From NCBI GenBank assembly GCA_963666315.2, contig CAXXHG010000008.1, positions 64,001 through 128,000 on the forward strand: 64,000 nt of DNA. The letters are read 5' to 3'. This stretch comes from Candidatus Binatia bacterium (GTDB taxonomy: Bacteria; Desulfobacterota; Binatia; Bin18). Below the pieces are notes generated by a model. It was given only the letters and a program-made list of their open reading frames with translations. It had not been told where the DNA came from and searched no databases. Position numbers and translations under genes: made by a program. Below, one piece after another: positions 49,900-59,402 of the stretch (position 1 is its first letter; every line of letters begins with the position of its first letter).

Positions 49900-52260
49900 A
49901 TGCCAGCCGTTCACGTTGACCCGTCTATTTCTAAGGTCCGTATTGAAACGGACGCCAAGGATAAGACCACGGTGTGTGTGCTGTGTAGCCACAACTGTGG
50001 GCTCATTGTGGATCTCGTGGACGGGCATATCGAGAATATCCGGGCTGATGCGAGCAGTCCGCTGTCGCACGGCTATATTTGCAATAAAGGCTTTAGCGTT
50101 GATCATTACGTCAATCATGCCCAGCGCCTGAGCCATCCGCTCAAACGCAAACCCGACGGAGGATTTGAGAGGATCAGTTGGGATCAGGCCATCTCAGAAA
50201 TCGCCTCTCGGCTGAAGGCGATCACGGCCGAATATTCTCCGCGTGCTTTTGGACTGGTGGGCATAGGTGGGCAGGCGAACCATCTTGACGCACCGTACGG
50301 CGTAACGTTTTTGTCACTGATGAAATCACGTCGCTTCTTTAATACCCTAGCCCAAGAGAAGACCCAGCATTGGCTGGTTGAAAAATGGATGCTGGATAGC
50401 TCATCCGGCACCATGCTGCATCCCGACCATGACCGGGCGGACTTTCTCTTAGTCATGGGCACGAACCCGCATATTAGCAACCGTGGCCACAACCCGACCG
50501 ACACGCTTAAAGGCTTGGCACGAGATGAAAATCGAAAAATGGTTGTGGTTGACCCGCGCATTACGGAAACAACCCGTCAAGCCGACCGCCATCTGCGCGT
50601 CCGGCCCGGAACCGACGTCTATCTAATGTTGGCGATGCTCAAGGTCATCGTTGAACAAGACTTGATAGATCAGGAGTTTATTACGAACAAATCTGTGGGC
50701 TACGAAGAACTCAAAGCGCAACTGGCCGACGTTGATATCGATGAGATGGCCCAGCGCTGCGGACTCGAAGTTGCAGATGTTGTTGCCACTGCTGAGGAGT
50801 ATGCCCAGGCCAAGACTGCCGCGCTGCTGTGTGACCTCGGCGTTGAGATGACGCTGTTCTCAACGCTGAATTCCTACCTCATTCACCTCCTGATCACGTT
50901 GACGGGTAACCTGGGTCGTCGGGGTGGAAATGTATTCACCTCAAGCCTCAATCCGCCCACGCCGGATTCCCGTCGCCACGTGGAGCCTGAACGTACTTTA
51001 GCGTCGGGCATAGCGGCGATTGCCGCCTTTACTCGGCTAGGCATCTTCTCGCCGGTGTTGGTGCCTGAAGAGATCATGCTCGATCACCCGGAACGGCTGC
51101 GGGCGTTGATTGTTGAAGGCTCGAACCCACTCTTGTCCTTCCCCGATACAAGGCTCTGGCTTGAAGCGCGTGAGCAGCTTGACCTGTTGGTGGTTATTGA
51201 ACCGACCATGACCGAGACGGCGCTGGTCGCCGACTATATTCTGCCCACGCCGACGGGCTACGAAAAATGGGAAATGGCCAGCTTTCCGCGTGGTTTTCCT
51301 ATTGTACAAACCCAGCTCCGGCCGCCCATTTTGCCCGCACCAGGAGAAGCGCTGCCGGAAGGAGAGATATACAACCGCCTGGCTGAAGCCATAGACTTAG
51401 TCCCGGAACCGCCGCCGGAACTATACGCCTTGGCCAAAAACGCGCATGAACCTGTGGGTGCAGCTACTTATCTCCAGACGTTACAGACCTCGGCGAAAGC
51501 GGCCAAATTCTCGGCGCCGCTGTATTGGGCCTATCGAACCCTTGGCCCCCAGCTCGACTCGCCGGTTTTATCCAGCGTATGGTTTCAGGCCATGATGAAC
51601 GGTGCCGTGCGTAGAGACGCTGTGGCCCGCGTCCTGGGGCCGGAGTGGCAAGACAAAAACGCCTTTGAGGTCGGCCTTGAGTTATACCGGCGTCTCCTGG
51701 CTCACCCTGAGGGCATCGGCGTTGCCGAGCTGGATGAAGCGGCGAATCTGGATGAGCGTATAGGCTTTGAGGACGGCAAAGTTCGTCTCCTGCCGCAAGA
51801 AATAGTGTCTGAGATTCAGCGGGCTGTGAGAACAAAGCCGGCTGAAGATCCGGACTATCCGTTTGTACTAGCATCTGGACTGCGCACCTGCTGGACGGCG
51901 AATACGATTCAACGTGATCCTAGCTGGCGCAAAGGACGCGGACCCCACTGCGCACTCAATCTCTCGCCCGGAGATGCCGAACGTGTGGGTGTGTCTGATG
52001 GGGAAACAGTGCGTCTCAGGACGAAGCGTGGACAGGTCGAGCTCCCTGCCGTTGTGGATAAGAGACTCTTGGATGGGCATGTCTGGATGCCGAATGGCTT
52101 TGGCATGCTATACCCGACCGAAAGCGGCGCTGGCCCTGAAGCCGCCAACCTGAACGGCGTCAATATGAACGCGTATACTGACACCGCGGATCGCGACCCG
52201 TTTACGGGCTGTCCGTATCACCGCTTTGTACCGTGTCAGCTAGAACGTGTGGAGGCATAG
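49900..52260 (+). CDS. Molybdopterin (DMSO reductase family) oxidoreductase
   Basis: CVLCSHNC..C.KG 4Fe-4S motif, ISWDQA, GTNP, VVDPR.TET, ADYILP, C-terminal Mo-binding domain. No Tat signal seen. Confidence 0.9.
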   Translation: MPAVHVDPSISKVRIETDAKDKTTVCVLCSHNCGLIVDLVDGHIENIRADASSPLSHGYICNKGFSVDHYVNHAQRLSHPLKRKPDGGFERISWDQAISEIASRLKAITAEYSPRAFGLVGIGGQANHLDAPYGVTFLSLMKSRRFFNTLAQEKTQHWLVEKWMLDSSSGTMLHPDHDRADFLLVMGTNPHISNRGHNPTDTLKGLARDENRKMVVVDPRITETTRQADRHLRVRPGTDVYLMLAMLKVIVEQDLIDQEFITNKSVGYEELKAQLADVDIDEMAQRCGLEVADVVATAEEYAQAKTAALLCDLGVEMTLFSTLNSYLIHLLITLTGNLGRRGGNVFTSSLNPPTPDSRRHVEPERTLASGIAAIAAFTRLGIFSPVLVPEEIMLDHPERLRALIVEGSNPLLSFPDTRLWLEAREQLDLLVVIEPTMTETALVADYILPTPTGYEKWEMASFPRGFPIVQTQLRPPILPAPGEALPEGEIYNRLAEAIDLVPEPPPELYALAKNAHEPVGAATYLQTLQTSAKAAKFSAPLYWAYRTLGPQLDSPVLSSVWFQAMMNGAVRRDAVARVLGPEWQDKNAFEVGLELYRRLLAHPEGIGVAELDEAANLDERIGFEDGKVRLLPQEIVSEIQRAVRTKPAEDPDYPFVLASGLRTCWTANTIQRDPSWRKGRGPHCALNLSPGDAERVGVSDGETVRLRTKRGQVELPAVVDKRLLDGHVWMPNGFGMLYPTESGAGPEAANLNGVNMNAYTDTADRDPFTGCPYHRFVPCQLERVEA

Positions 52261-52335
52261 AGTAGTTCGTCTAATCCAGGTTCTGATTCTGGTTCTGATC
52301 GAGGCTTTGATCTTGGCAAAACATGGGAGGTTGTT

Positions 52336-52716
52336 ATGGCTACACAAACTGAGACTCGGCCGCCGGTCGCCATTGGTCACATCACGCTGCGGGTGACCGC
52401 TGTCGCGCAAGCGACCGAGCATTTTGTGGCGTTGGGGCTACGCCTCATTCATCAATCGGAGACCTTTACCGTGCTGGAGCTGCGCGGGGGAACCCATTTG
52501 GTATTGCGTCTAAGCGACGAATCCATCCCGGCACAGAAAGCACCCTTTGATCTGATGGTCGATGATGTCGTAGCTACGCGACAGGCCTATATAGATCAGG
52601 GCCTGCAGCCGTCAGAAATCGAATCAGGCACCATCCACCGTTGGTTTACGCTGGTCGGGCCGGACGCCTACAAGTTCACAATCACTTCATCGCATGCAGG
52701 AAAACGGGCTGTGTGA
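52336..52716 (+). CDS. VOC/glyoxalase family protein
   Basis: IGHITL, LELRGGTHL, FDLMVDD, PD..SSH. Confidence 0.8.
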   Translation: MATQTETRPPVAIGHITLRVTAVAQATEHFVALGLRLIHQSETFTVLELRGGTHLVLRLSDESIPAQKAPFDLMVDDVVATRQAYIDQGLQPSEIESGTIHRWFTLVGPDAYKFTITSSHAGKRAV

Positions 52717-52736
52717 GCCAACAAACTAGGGTCGTT

Positions 52737-53708
52737 ATGCAGCAACGTAGCCTTGGCAAGACAGGTTTTTCCGTCTCAACAGTGACCCTGGGTGGGGGTG
52801 GGATTGGGATGGTATGGGGGGCCACGACCGAAGAAGAATGTATTGAGACAGTAAAGCAAGCTGTGGCCAGCGGGATCAACATTATCGACCTTGCCCCTAT
52901 GTATGGCAAAGGCAAGGCCGAGGAGGTCGTTGGTATTGCTTGGCCACAGCTGTCCGCTAAACCACTGCTTGCGACTAAGGTATTTATTCGGCCACGTGAG
53001 CGGAGCGATCTGCCCGGAGCCGTCCGCCGCTCTTTGGAGGGCAGCCTCGCTCGTTTAGGGCTTGAACGAGTTGACGTGTTTCAATTGCACAATCAGATTG
53101 AGCCCGACGAGCCAGTTTCCCCGCATCGACTCACTTTGCAAGAGGTGGTTGGAGTAGGTGGAGTTCTTGAGACTATGCAGCAGCTCAAAGAAGAAGGACT
53201 TGTCCGAGCGCTTGGGTTTACTGGCATTGCGCGCCACGATGTTGTGCGCGAGCTCTTTCGTGATGGTCGGCTCGCGACCGTACAACTCGTGACCAATCTT
53301 CTCAACTCAGAAGGAGAGATGGGAGTAGAGGGGGATGGACCGTACCGGGATCATCTGGAAATGGTCCGCTTGGCACAAGCCGCGCAGTTCGGCGTGTTTG
53401 GCATTCGGCCGTTTGCGGCTGGTTCGCTCACTGCAGCCATTGATCGCTCACTCCCTGTGGATCATCCCGTGTCGGCAGACTTCGCTTTCAGCCAGCAACA
53501 TCTCGGCTTCCTGACTGCTGAGACTTCTTCTTCCCTGGCCGTTGTCGCCATGCGCTATGCATTGAGTCTGCCTGGTGTGAGTACGGTCGTGACGGGAGCC
53601 AAGCACCGGGCCGAACTCGCCGAGGCAATTGCAGCCGCAGAAGCAGGCCCCCTCCCGCCAGATCTCCTTGAACGGCTTACGACCCTCCAACAAACGCGCT
53701 CGCAGTAA
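52737..53708 (+). CDS. Aldo/keto reductase
   Basis: RSLGKTG, GIN.ID.APMYG, ATK, SLARL..VD.FQLH. Confidence 0.9.
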   Translation: MQQRSLGKTGFSVSTVTLGGGGIGMVWGATTEEECIETVKQAVASGINIIDLAPMYGKGKAEEVVGIAWPQLSAKPLLATKVFIRPRERSDLPGAVRRSLEGSLARLGLERVDVFQLHNQIEPDEPVSPHRLTLQEVVGVGGVLETMQQLKEEGLVRALGFTGIARHDVVRELFRDGRLATVQLVTNLLNSEGEMGVEGDGPYRDHLEMVRLAQAAQFGVFGIRPFAAGSLTAAIDRSLPVDHPVSADFAFSQQHLGFLTAETSSSLAVVAMRYALSLPGVSTVVTGAKHRAELAEAIAAAEAGPLPPDLLERLTTLQQTRSQ

Positions 53709-53778
53709 GTGCCTATCGGCTGATGAAGACGGCAGATTCCTGGGCTGGACGGGCGGAGAGGGGCCTGCTTTGGTACTC

Positions 53779-54426
53779 TCAGCCTCGACTGCTGCTACTC
53801 CCAGTACGCAGGCTCCACCCGCCACCACGGCTCCCTTCTAACTTTGAAGAGCGGCGTTTCTGGAACCACCAGGCTGCAGCCCCGAATACAATAGCGCCAA
53901 CAGAGAGCAGTAGTGGATTGTCCAGCTTGGCTATGGAGGCTGTGGCGCTGGCCCCTCAGAGCGCGGCAACGCCAAGCGGAAGCAGACCAGAGACTACAAA
54001 GGCGCCTGCAACTCCAATTCCGGTCGAACTCAAGGCTCTGCGCAGGCGTGATCCTTGCGACGGTGTCTGTGCCTTTTTTTCGATTCCGACAAGCAGCTGT
54101 TCGAAGGTTTCCGACTGCGGATTGATCCCTCGAATCTCCAGTTTTAGCCCTTCCGCCAAAGGTCTTTCCTGGAGTTCAAGCCGCAGCCCTGCGCAGCACT
54201 CTCGCTCTAGGGCAACCAACCTCTCGACCTTCGCTTTCAGGTTGGGTGTATCATTGAACTCTAGAACGAGCCCGTCCTCAAGCTTTTGTGTCTTTCGAAT
54301 ATGGGGAAGTACATCGCGCCGCATCTCGGCAAGGCGGGTTGTGAGCTGGTCATCTGAAAGTCTACACATGTTTCGCCCTGCACCCGCCGGGTTGCCGCTT
54401 GTCTGTATTGCTTCTGATTTTTGCAT
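53779..54426 (-). pseudogene. ERECC-motif metal-binding domain fused to a MerT/MerC-like membrane tail, interrupted by in-frame TGA (53956-53958)
   Basis: C.L..ERECC N-domain and a hydrophobic helix. After the TGA the frame stays open for 58 codons with a second TM-like segment. Confidence 0.55.
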
Positions 54427-54459
54427 GAGTATACATCTCCTTCTGTAAACAGTACGGCT

Positions 54460-54490
54460 ATGCTACAAGTTCAAGTGAACTTTAAGTCAA
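54460..54490 (-). promoter_or_regulatory. MerR/SoxR-type promoter with 19-bp spacer and dyad operator
   Basis: Minus strand TTGACT-taaagttcacttgaacttg(19)-TAGCAT. CTTAAAGTTCACTTGAAC matches the SoxR box CCTCAAGTTAACTTGAGG at 13/18 positions. Confidence 0.8.
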
Positions 54491-54509
54491 GACGGTAAAA
54501 AGAAAAATA

Positions 54510-54884
54510 GTGCTTATCGGAGAAGTAGCGAAACGGGCCGGACTCAAGACCTCTGCCATCCGCTATTATGAGAGTGAAGGGCTCTTGCCGAAACCACCGC
54601 GTCAAAGCGGGCAGCGGGTGTATGATGGATCAATCTTGGACCGTCTGGCTCTGATTGATCTGGCTAAGGCGGCGGGTTTCTCCGTGGCCGAAATAAAACA
54701 TCTCATCCAGGGCTTCTCACGCCGCACGCCACCGGGCGCTCGCTGGCGTGCGCTTGCGAAACGCAAATCGCAAGAATTGGACGAAGCGATCGCCCGCGCG
54801 CAACATATGAAACAGGTGCTCGCGATGGTGACGCAGGGTGAATGGCCGACCTTTGACGATTGTGTTGAAGCGATGAGAAACTGA
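54510..54884 (+). CDS. MerR-family (SoxR-like) transcriptional regulator lacking the Cys cluster
   Basis: IGEVAKRAG..SAIRYYE..GLL, GQR.Y, AGFS.AEI. C-terminus QGEWPTFDDC has a single Cys. Confidence 0.9.
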   Translation: MLIGEVAKRAGLKTSAIRYYESEGLLPKPPRQSGQRVYDGSILDRLALIDLAKAAGFSVAEIKHLIQGFSRRTPPGARWRALAKRKSQELDEAIARAQHMKQVLAMVTQGEWPTFDDCVEAMRN

Positions 54885-54975
54885 CCGTGGGCCAAAACCC
54901 ATAACTGCTATACCTAGCCGCTATGGATGGATAGAGGTCTCCGCTTGGATTTTGGTATGATGGAAGAAAGCAGAA

Positions 54976-55005
54976 GGGTGGGTGACGCTAGGCTTCCACC
55001 CACCC
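54976..55005. repeat. REP-like hairpin
   Basis: GGGTGGGTG-acgctaggcttc-CACCCACCC, a perfect 9-bp stem. Confidence 0.55.
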
Positions 55006-55025
55006 ACTAAAATTTTTTATATCGC

Positions 55026-55946
55026 ATGATTGAGCTCATGTCGGATAGTTACGCCCACAACCACGCTGCCCCTAACTTCAATCGCGCTTTTGCCATTGGG
55101 GTGGTACTCAATGTCGCCTTCGTCGGGCTCGAAGCGACCTACGGACTCTTGACCAATTCATTGGCCCTCATTGCCGACGCGGGACACAATCTGAGTGATG
55201 TCTTTAGCCTGCTGTTAGCCTGGGGCGCCAGTTTGTTAGCGACGCGAAAACCTACCCCACGCCGCAGCTATGGGTTTCGCCGAGCAACCATACTGGCCTC
55301 GTTGATCAGCGCGCTTCTACTCCTGGTCGCATTAGGCGCGATTGCCTGGGAAGCGGTTGGCCGCTTTAGTCAGCCTCAACTCTTGAGCGGGGGAACCATT
55401 ATTGTGGTTGCCGGCATTGGGGTCGTCATTAATACGTTCACGGCATTGATGTTTCTGTCGGGCCGCAAGCACGACCTGAATATCAGAGGTGCCTATCTGC
55501 ATATGGCGGCAGATGCCGGCGTCTCCCTTGGGGTGGCGGTGTCTGGTGTTGCCATGCTCCTGACCGGCTGGGTGTGGCTAGACCCGACGATCAGTTTGGT
55601 GATCGTTGCTATTATTCTTATTGGGACGTGGGGCTTGCTGCGGGACTCGGTGAATCTCGTGCTCGATTCTGTGCCGAGTAATATTGATCCGCTTGCGGTT
55701 GAGACCTATCTGTCCCGGCTGCCGAATGTGACGCGGGTGCACGATCTCCACATCTGGGGCATGAGTACCAGCGAAGTCGCACTGACCGCACATCTCATCA
55801 TTCCTGAAGCCCGTGTTGACGACGGCTTTTTACAAAACGTGTCATCCAATCTCCACGATCAATTTGGGATTAACCATACCACTTTGCAGGTCGAACGAGG
55901 CGATGGCGATCGGACGTGCGTATTAGAGCATCCTGGGAGGGTCTGA
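55026..55946 (+). CDS. Cation diffusion facilitator (CzcD/ZitB-like Zn/Co/Cd exporter)
   Basis: SLALIADAGHNLSD, AYLHMAAD, VHDLHIW, HTTLQ. Confidence 0.94.
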   Translation: MIELMSDSYAHNHAAPNFNRAFAIGVVLNVAFVGLEATYGLLTNSLALIADAGHNLSDVFSLLLAWGASLLATRKPTPRRSYGFRRATILASLISALLLLVALGAIAWEAVGRFSQPQLLSGGTIIVVAGIGVVINTFTALMFLSGRKHDLNIRGAYLHMAADAGVSLGVAVSGVAMLLTGWVWLDPTISLVIVAIILIGTWGLLRDSVNLVLDSVPSNIDPLAVETYLSRLPNVTRVHDLHIWGMSTSEVALTAHLIIPEARVDDGFLQNVSSNLHDQFGINHTTLQVERGDGDRTCVLEHPGRV

Positions 55947-55999
55947 GCGCTACTGTCTGACTGGGAATGGGAGGGCATTTCCTGCGTATGGCTCGACTG

Positions 56000-57169
56000 T
56001 CAGGGGTTGAGAAAATCGAAAATATAGCTTCTGATTTTCCTATCATTGAATATCTGCGCATGCACCGCTTGGCTTTGATATTCTGTCACACCTGCCATGG
56101 CCTGCTTAAAGGCCGAGGGTAATTGGGCTGACGGGACGCTGACGGTCTCATCACCATTTTCAAACAGCGTCCCGTAACGTTTTGTAGGAAGGTGTTTTTT
56201 AAACTCGTCTTTATGGAAGATCAAAGTCGGAGCTGCTTCCGCGTCGATCAGTACCGCCCGAGCAATCGTGGCGTGCGAAGTGGCAAACGCGTATAGCATA
56301 TGCGTATGCAGTCGAGGCGCAGTCACTAGTGGACTGTTAATCCGTTCATACAGTCTCCTGCCTTTACGGAGCGCAGCTGTGACGAATGCCAATCTTCTTT
56401 GCATGGTCTGTTCCGACACCGCAGTTGCACGAGTTGCATTGTCCCAGAAGCCCCAGCCATACTGCTGCCATAGATCGCTTTCAAACAGAGTAAGAGGCAG
56501 AGGCTTGAGTTCAGCATCGAGCAGAACCGGCGCATACGTCGGCATCATTTCATACACGGATGGAAAAGTGGCAAAGGCCTGTGCCTTAACCAGTGTGGTG
56601 TTGAGGCCGAATCTGGCGCCATGTTTCATATTGCGTAAGGCCGTCATAGAGCCTTTGAATGGAACTGTAGCCAGAATGACCTTGTCTATATGCGTGGCGC
56701 CTTCCCAGGTTTCGACAGCCGCCTCGGGGTCTTGGTGTCCATAACGTAAGTAATAGCTTGTGAGGAGACCGCCCATGCTATGGGCGACAATGGAAATTGA
56801 GCCAGCGTCTTTGTTTTCGAGTTCCGTAATGAGACGTGCCAGTTTTTTCACCGCGACCAGATAATCGTCCCGCCAATCGTAGGCGAAGAGATGGAGGTGC
56901 GGCTGCGATTCGGTTGTAGACAAGCGGTCTCTGAGTTCGTGCAGAAAGCCACCAAACACATCCACGCTATAGATGCCGGGCAGGACGGGAATACGATCCA
57001 GCACCGTGCTGGGATCTAGCTCCATTGCCCCGGCTACCTCAAAGCCGGTTCGCGCCGCTGTCTTTGAACCAAATACGGCTTGCCGGGCAGAGAGCCAAAC
57101 GATGCGCCGATCAGCTGCTTGTACGAGTCGCGTTCCGTAAAAACCAGGGATAAAGATGACGTGCTGCAT
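56000..57169 (-). CDS. LCAT/PGAP1-like lipase-acyltransferase (alpha/beta hydrolase)
   Basis: FIPGFYGT.L, YDWR, AHSMGG, P.GS, GD.TV, H. Start uncertain. Confidence 0.85.
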   Translation of the reverse strand: MQHVIFIPGFYGTRLVQAADRRIVWLSARQAVFGSKTAARTGFEVAGAMELDPSTVLDRIPVLPGIYSVDVFGGFLHELRDRLSTTESQPHLHLFAYDWRDDYLVAVKKLARLITELENKDAGSISIVAHSMGGLLTSYYLRYGHQDPEAAVETWEGATHIDKVILATVPFKGSMTALRNMKHGARFGLNTTLVKAQAFATFPSVYEMMPTYAPVLLDAELKPLPLTLFESDLWQQYGWGFWDNATRATAVSEQTMQRRLAFVTAALRKGRRLYERINSPLVTAPRLHTHMLYAFATSHATIARAVLIDAEAAPTLIFHKDEFKKHLPTKRYGTLFENGDETVSVPSAQLPSAFKQAMAGVTEYQSQAVHAQIFNDRKIRSYIFDFLNP

Positions 57170-57214
57170 GACCAGACCCTGCCTGACATCGGTCCTCACC
57201 TTAGCTTGGTCTTC

Positions 57215-57243
57215 TTGACTTGTTAAGTGTGACGTTACACACT
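57215..57243 (+). promoter_or_regulatory. Putative higBA promoter with palindromic operator
   Basis: TTGACT-17 nt-CACACT, with imperfect palindrome GTGTGACGTTACAC at 57227-57240. Confidence 0.55.
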
Positions 57244-57249
57244 GCAAAA

Positions 57250-57528
57250 GTGATTAAGCGCTTCCGGAAGCGAGGGCTTCGACGGTTCTATGAAAAGGGA
57301 GACGGGAGCCTAATCCGACATGACTTTTTGTCCCGAGTGGAAGATATTTTGGGCCGATTAGATATTGCTGAAGAAGTGGCTGACTTGAATTTGCCTGGCT
57401 ACCGGCTGCATCGGCTGCGGGGAGACTTAAAAGGTTTTTGGAGTGTAACTGTTTCACGTCATTGGCGCATTATTTTTCGCTTTGAGGGGAGTGATGTTAC
57501 AGACGTAAATTTTATTGACTATCACTGA
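57250..57528 (+). CDS. higB: HigB (RelE/ParE family) toxin
   Basis: MIKRFR.RGL..FYE.GD, LPGYRLH.L.GDLKGFWSVTVS..WRIIFRF, DYH C-terminus. Confidence 0.93.
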   Translation: MIKRFRKRGLRRFYEKGDGSLIRHDFLSRVEDILGRLDIAEEVADLNLPGYRLHRLRGDLKGFWSVTVSRHWRIIFRFEGSDVTDVNFIDYH

Positions 57529-57540
57529 GAGGAACTCGCC

Positions 57541-57852
57541 ATGTCTATGCACCACCCCCCGCATCCTGGACGATCTATTAAAGATGCATGCCTAGAACCA
57601 CTTGGTCTCAGTGTAACCGAGGGAGCTAAGGCCCTGGGCATCTCTCGGACGCAACTCTCGCGGATCATTAATGGCAAGGCAGCGATTTCTGGAGATATGG
57701 CGATTCGCCTTTCCAAAGCCTTTGGGAGTACGCCCAGAGCTTGGCTTAAGATGCAGTGGGCCCACGATTTAGCCCTGGCCGAGCAGCGTGCGGATCGTAT
57801 TCAGGTTGCGCGCTACGTACCGACAAACGATACGCAAGACGCAAGGGTATAG
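57541..57852 (+). CDS. higA: HigA addiction-module antitoxin
   Basis: [43 protein letters not shown]. Confidence 0.93.
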   Translation: MSMHHPPHPGRSIKDACLEPLGLSVTEGAKALGISRTQLSRIINGKAAISGDMAIRLSKAFGSTPRAWLKMQWAHDLALAEQRADRIQVARYVPTNDTQDARV

Positions 57853-57983
57853 GAGTGCAGCTCCCCCGGACCTCGATGTCCTCTATCCCCGATGTTCGTC
57901 CGTCTTTGGGACACTGCAGTACCCCGAAAGACAATAGATTCTACCCGGGAGGGGATTATTCGTGGGGTATTTGCAGATTCCGA

Positions 57984-59321
57984 TCAATACAAACCCAGAT
58001 AATTCTCGACTTCCCACTGCGAGACCGAGTCGTGATAGCGTTTCCATTCGGCGCGCTTGACCTGGATATAATAGTCGGCATACTCCCTGCCTAGGGCTGT
58101 CTTGATGACCTCGTCTTGTTCGAGTTCATCCAGCGCCTCACTCAAATTCGTAGGGAGAAAACTGATGCCCTCAGCTCTCAGTTCTTCCGCCGCTATTTCG
58201 TATAGATTACGGTCGTTACGGTTGCCTGCCGGCAGCTTGTTCTCAACACCGTCCAGTCCGGCTGCGAGCATGACCGCTGGGGCCAAGTACGGATTGGCTG
58301 CCCCATCTATAGTCCGGTTTTCTATGCGTCCCGGGCCGGGAATGCGGATCATCTGGGTCCGGTTGGATGCGCCATAGGTGATATACACGGGTGCCCAGGT
58401 TGCTCCCGAAACTGGAGCACCGCGAATGAGGCGTTTATATGAGTTCACAATCGGTGCAGTCACTGCGGCAATGGCCCGGGCGTGCTGCTTGAGTCCACCA
58501 ATAAAATGATAGGCGAACTCTGAAAGTCCGTTTTCATCTGCTGTATCCAGGAAGAGATTCGCATCTGTGTCCGCGTCCCACACGCTGGTGTGAAAATGGC
58601 AGCCATTGCCGGTGAGGTGGGAAAATGGCTTGGGCATAAACGTGGCAATACATCCTTGTTCCTCGGCTACGGTGCGAACCATCCAGCGAAAGAAAATATG
58701 TCGGTCCGCGGTGGTGAGGCAATCCGAGTAGGTCCAGTTGATCTCAAACTGGCAGTTCGCGTCTTCGTGGTCGGTCGCATATGGGTCCCACCCGAGTTCC
58801 TGCATATAGGACATTAGTGTGGTCGTAAAATCCAAATTGCGATGGAGGGCGCGCAGGTCGTAACACGGTTTGCTCAGCGTATCGAGCGCATCAAACGGCT
58901 CAAAGCTGCCCTGTTCAGTCCGCCGGGTCAGAATGAACTCCGGCTCAACTCCGGTCTTCAGGACATAGCCTTGGGCTCGGGCCTGAGCCAATTGACGCTG
59001 CAGAATCGTACGCGGACAGTACGGCCACGGTCGCGCATCGACGGTGATGTCGCTCGCCACCCAGGCCACGTTCGGACGCCAGGGTAGGATGCTGAGACTA
59101 TTAAAATCCGGTATGGCGACCATATCCGTATCGTGCGGCCCTTGGCCCATATCGCCGGCGGCAAATCCGGCAAACCCGGCGCTGCCCTGGGCCATATCCT
59201 CAAGGTGGGCGGCCGACACGACCTTCGCTTTCGGTGCTCCGGTCATTTCCACAAAAGAGCACAAAAAGAACTCGATCCCTTTTTCTTGAACGATTTTGGC
59301 TATCTCTTGTACGGTTGGCAT
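57984..59321 (-). CDS. gmaS: Gamma-glutamylmethylamide synthetase / GlnT-type glutamate-amine ligase
   Basis: AGFAGFA, GVEPEF, KPCYD, DHEDANCQFEINW, TFMPKPF, SGATWAP, NRTQM. Lies downstream of sox/mgd genes. Confidence 0.88.
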   Translation of the reverse strand: MPTVQEIAKIVQEKGIEFFLCSFVEMTGAPKAKVVSAAHLEDMAQGSAGFAGFAAGDMGQGPHDTDMVAIPDFNSLSILPWRPNVAWVASDITVDARPWPYCPRTILQRQLAQARAQGYVLKTGVEPEFILTRRTEQGSFEPFDALDTLSKPCYDLRALHRNLDFTTTLMSYMQELGWDPYATDHEDANCQFEINWTYSDCLTTADRHIFFRWMVRTVAEEQGCIATFMPKPFSHLTGNGCHFHTSVWDADTDANLFLDTADENGLSEFAYHFIGGLKQHARAIAAVTAPIVNSYKRLIRGAPVSGATWAPVYITYGASNRTQMIRIPGPGRIENRTIDGAANPYLAPAVMLAAGLDGVENKLPAGNRNDRNLYEIAAEELRAEGISFLPTNLSEALDELEQDEVIKTALGREYADYYIQVKRAEWKRYHDSVSQWEVENYLGLY

Positions 59322-59361
59322 GTCTGCCTCCTTTTCGCTGCTACCCTGTCAGGCTCAGCCC

Positions 59362-59391
59362 GTAGGTCAGATTTGCGGAGCGTAATCCGAC
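59362..59391. repeat. GTAG-family REP-like element
   Basis: GTAG-GTCAGATTTGC-GGA-GCGTAATCCGAC. Confidence 0.65.
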
Positions 59392-59402
59392 AGCATATGG
59401 TC

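Noticed and set aside
53956-53958. Selenocysteine read-through of the in-frame TGA
   Set aside because: It falls at the end of a hydrophobic helix, not in a redox motif, and I see no convincing SECIS-like hairpin after it. A nonsense mutation or base error is simpler.
54510-54884. Bona fide SoxR
   Set aside because: The CxxCxCxxxxxC 2Fe-2S motif is absent.
57984-59321. Housekeeping glutamine synthetase glnA
   Set aside because: AGFAGFA, DHEDAN and SGATWAP motifs plus the sox/mgd context fit the GmaS/GlnT clade better.
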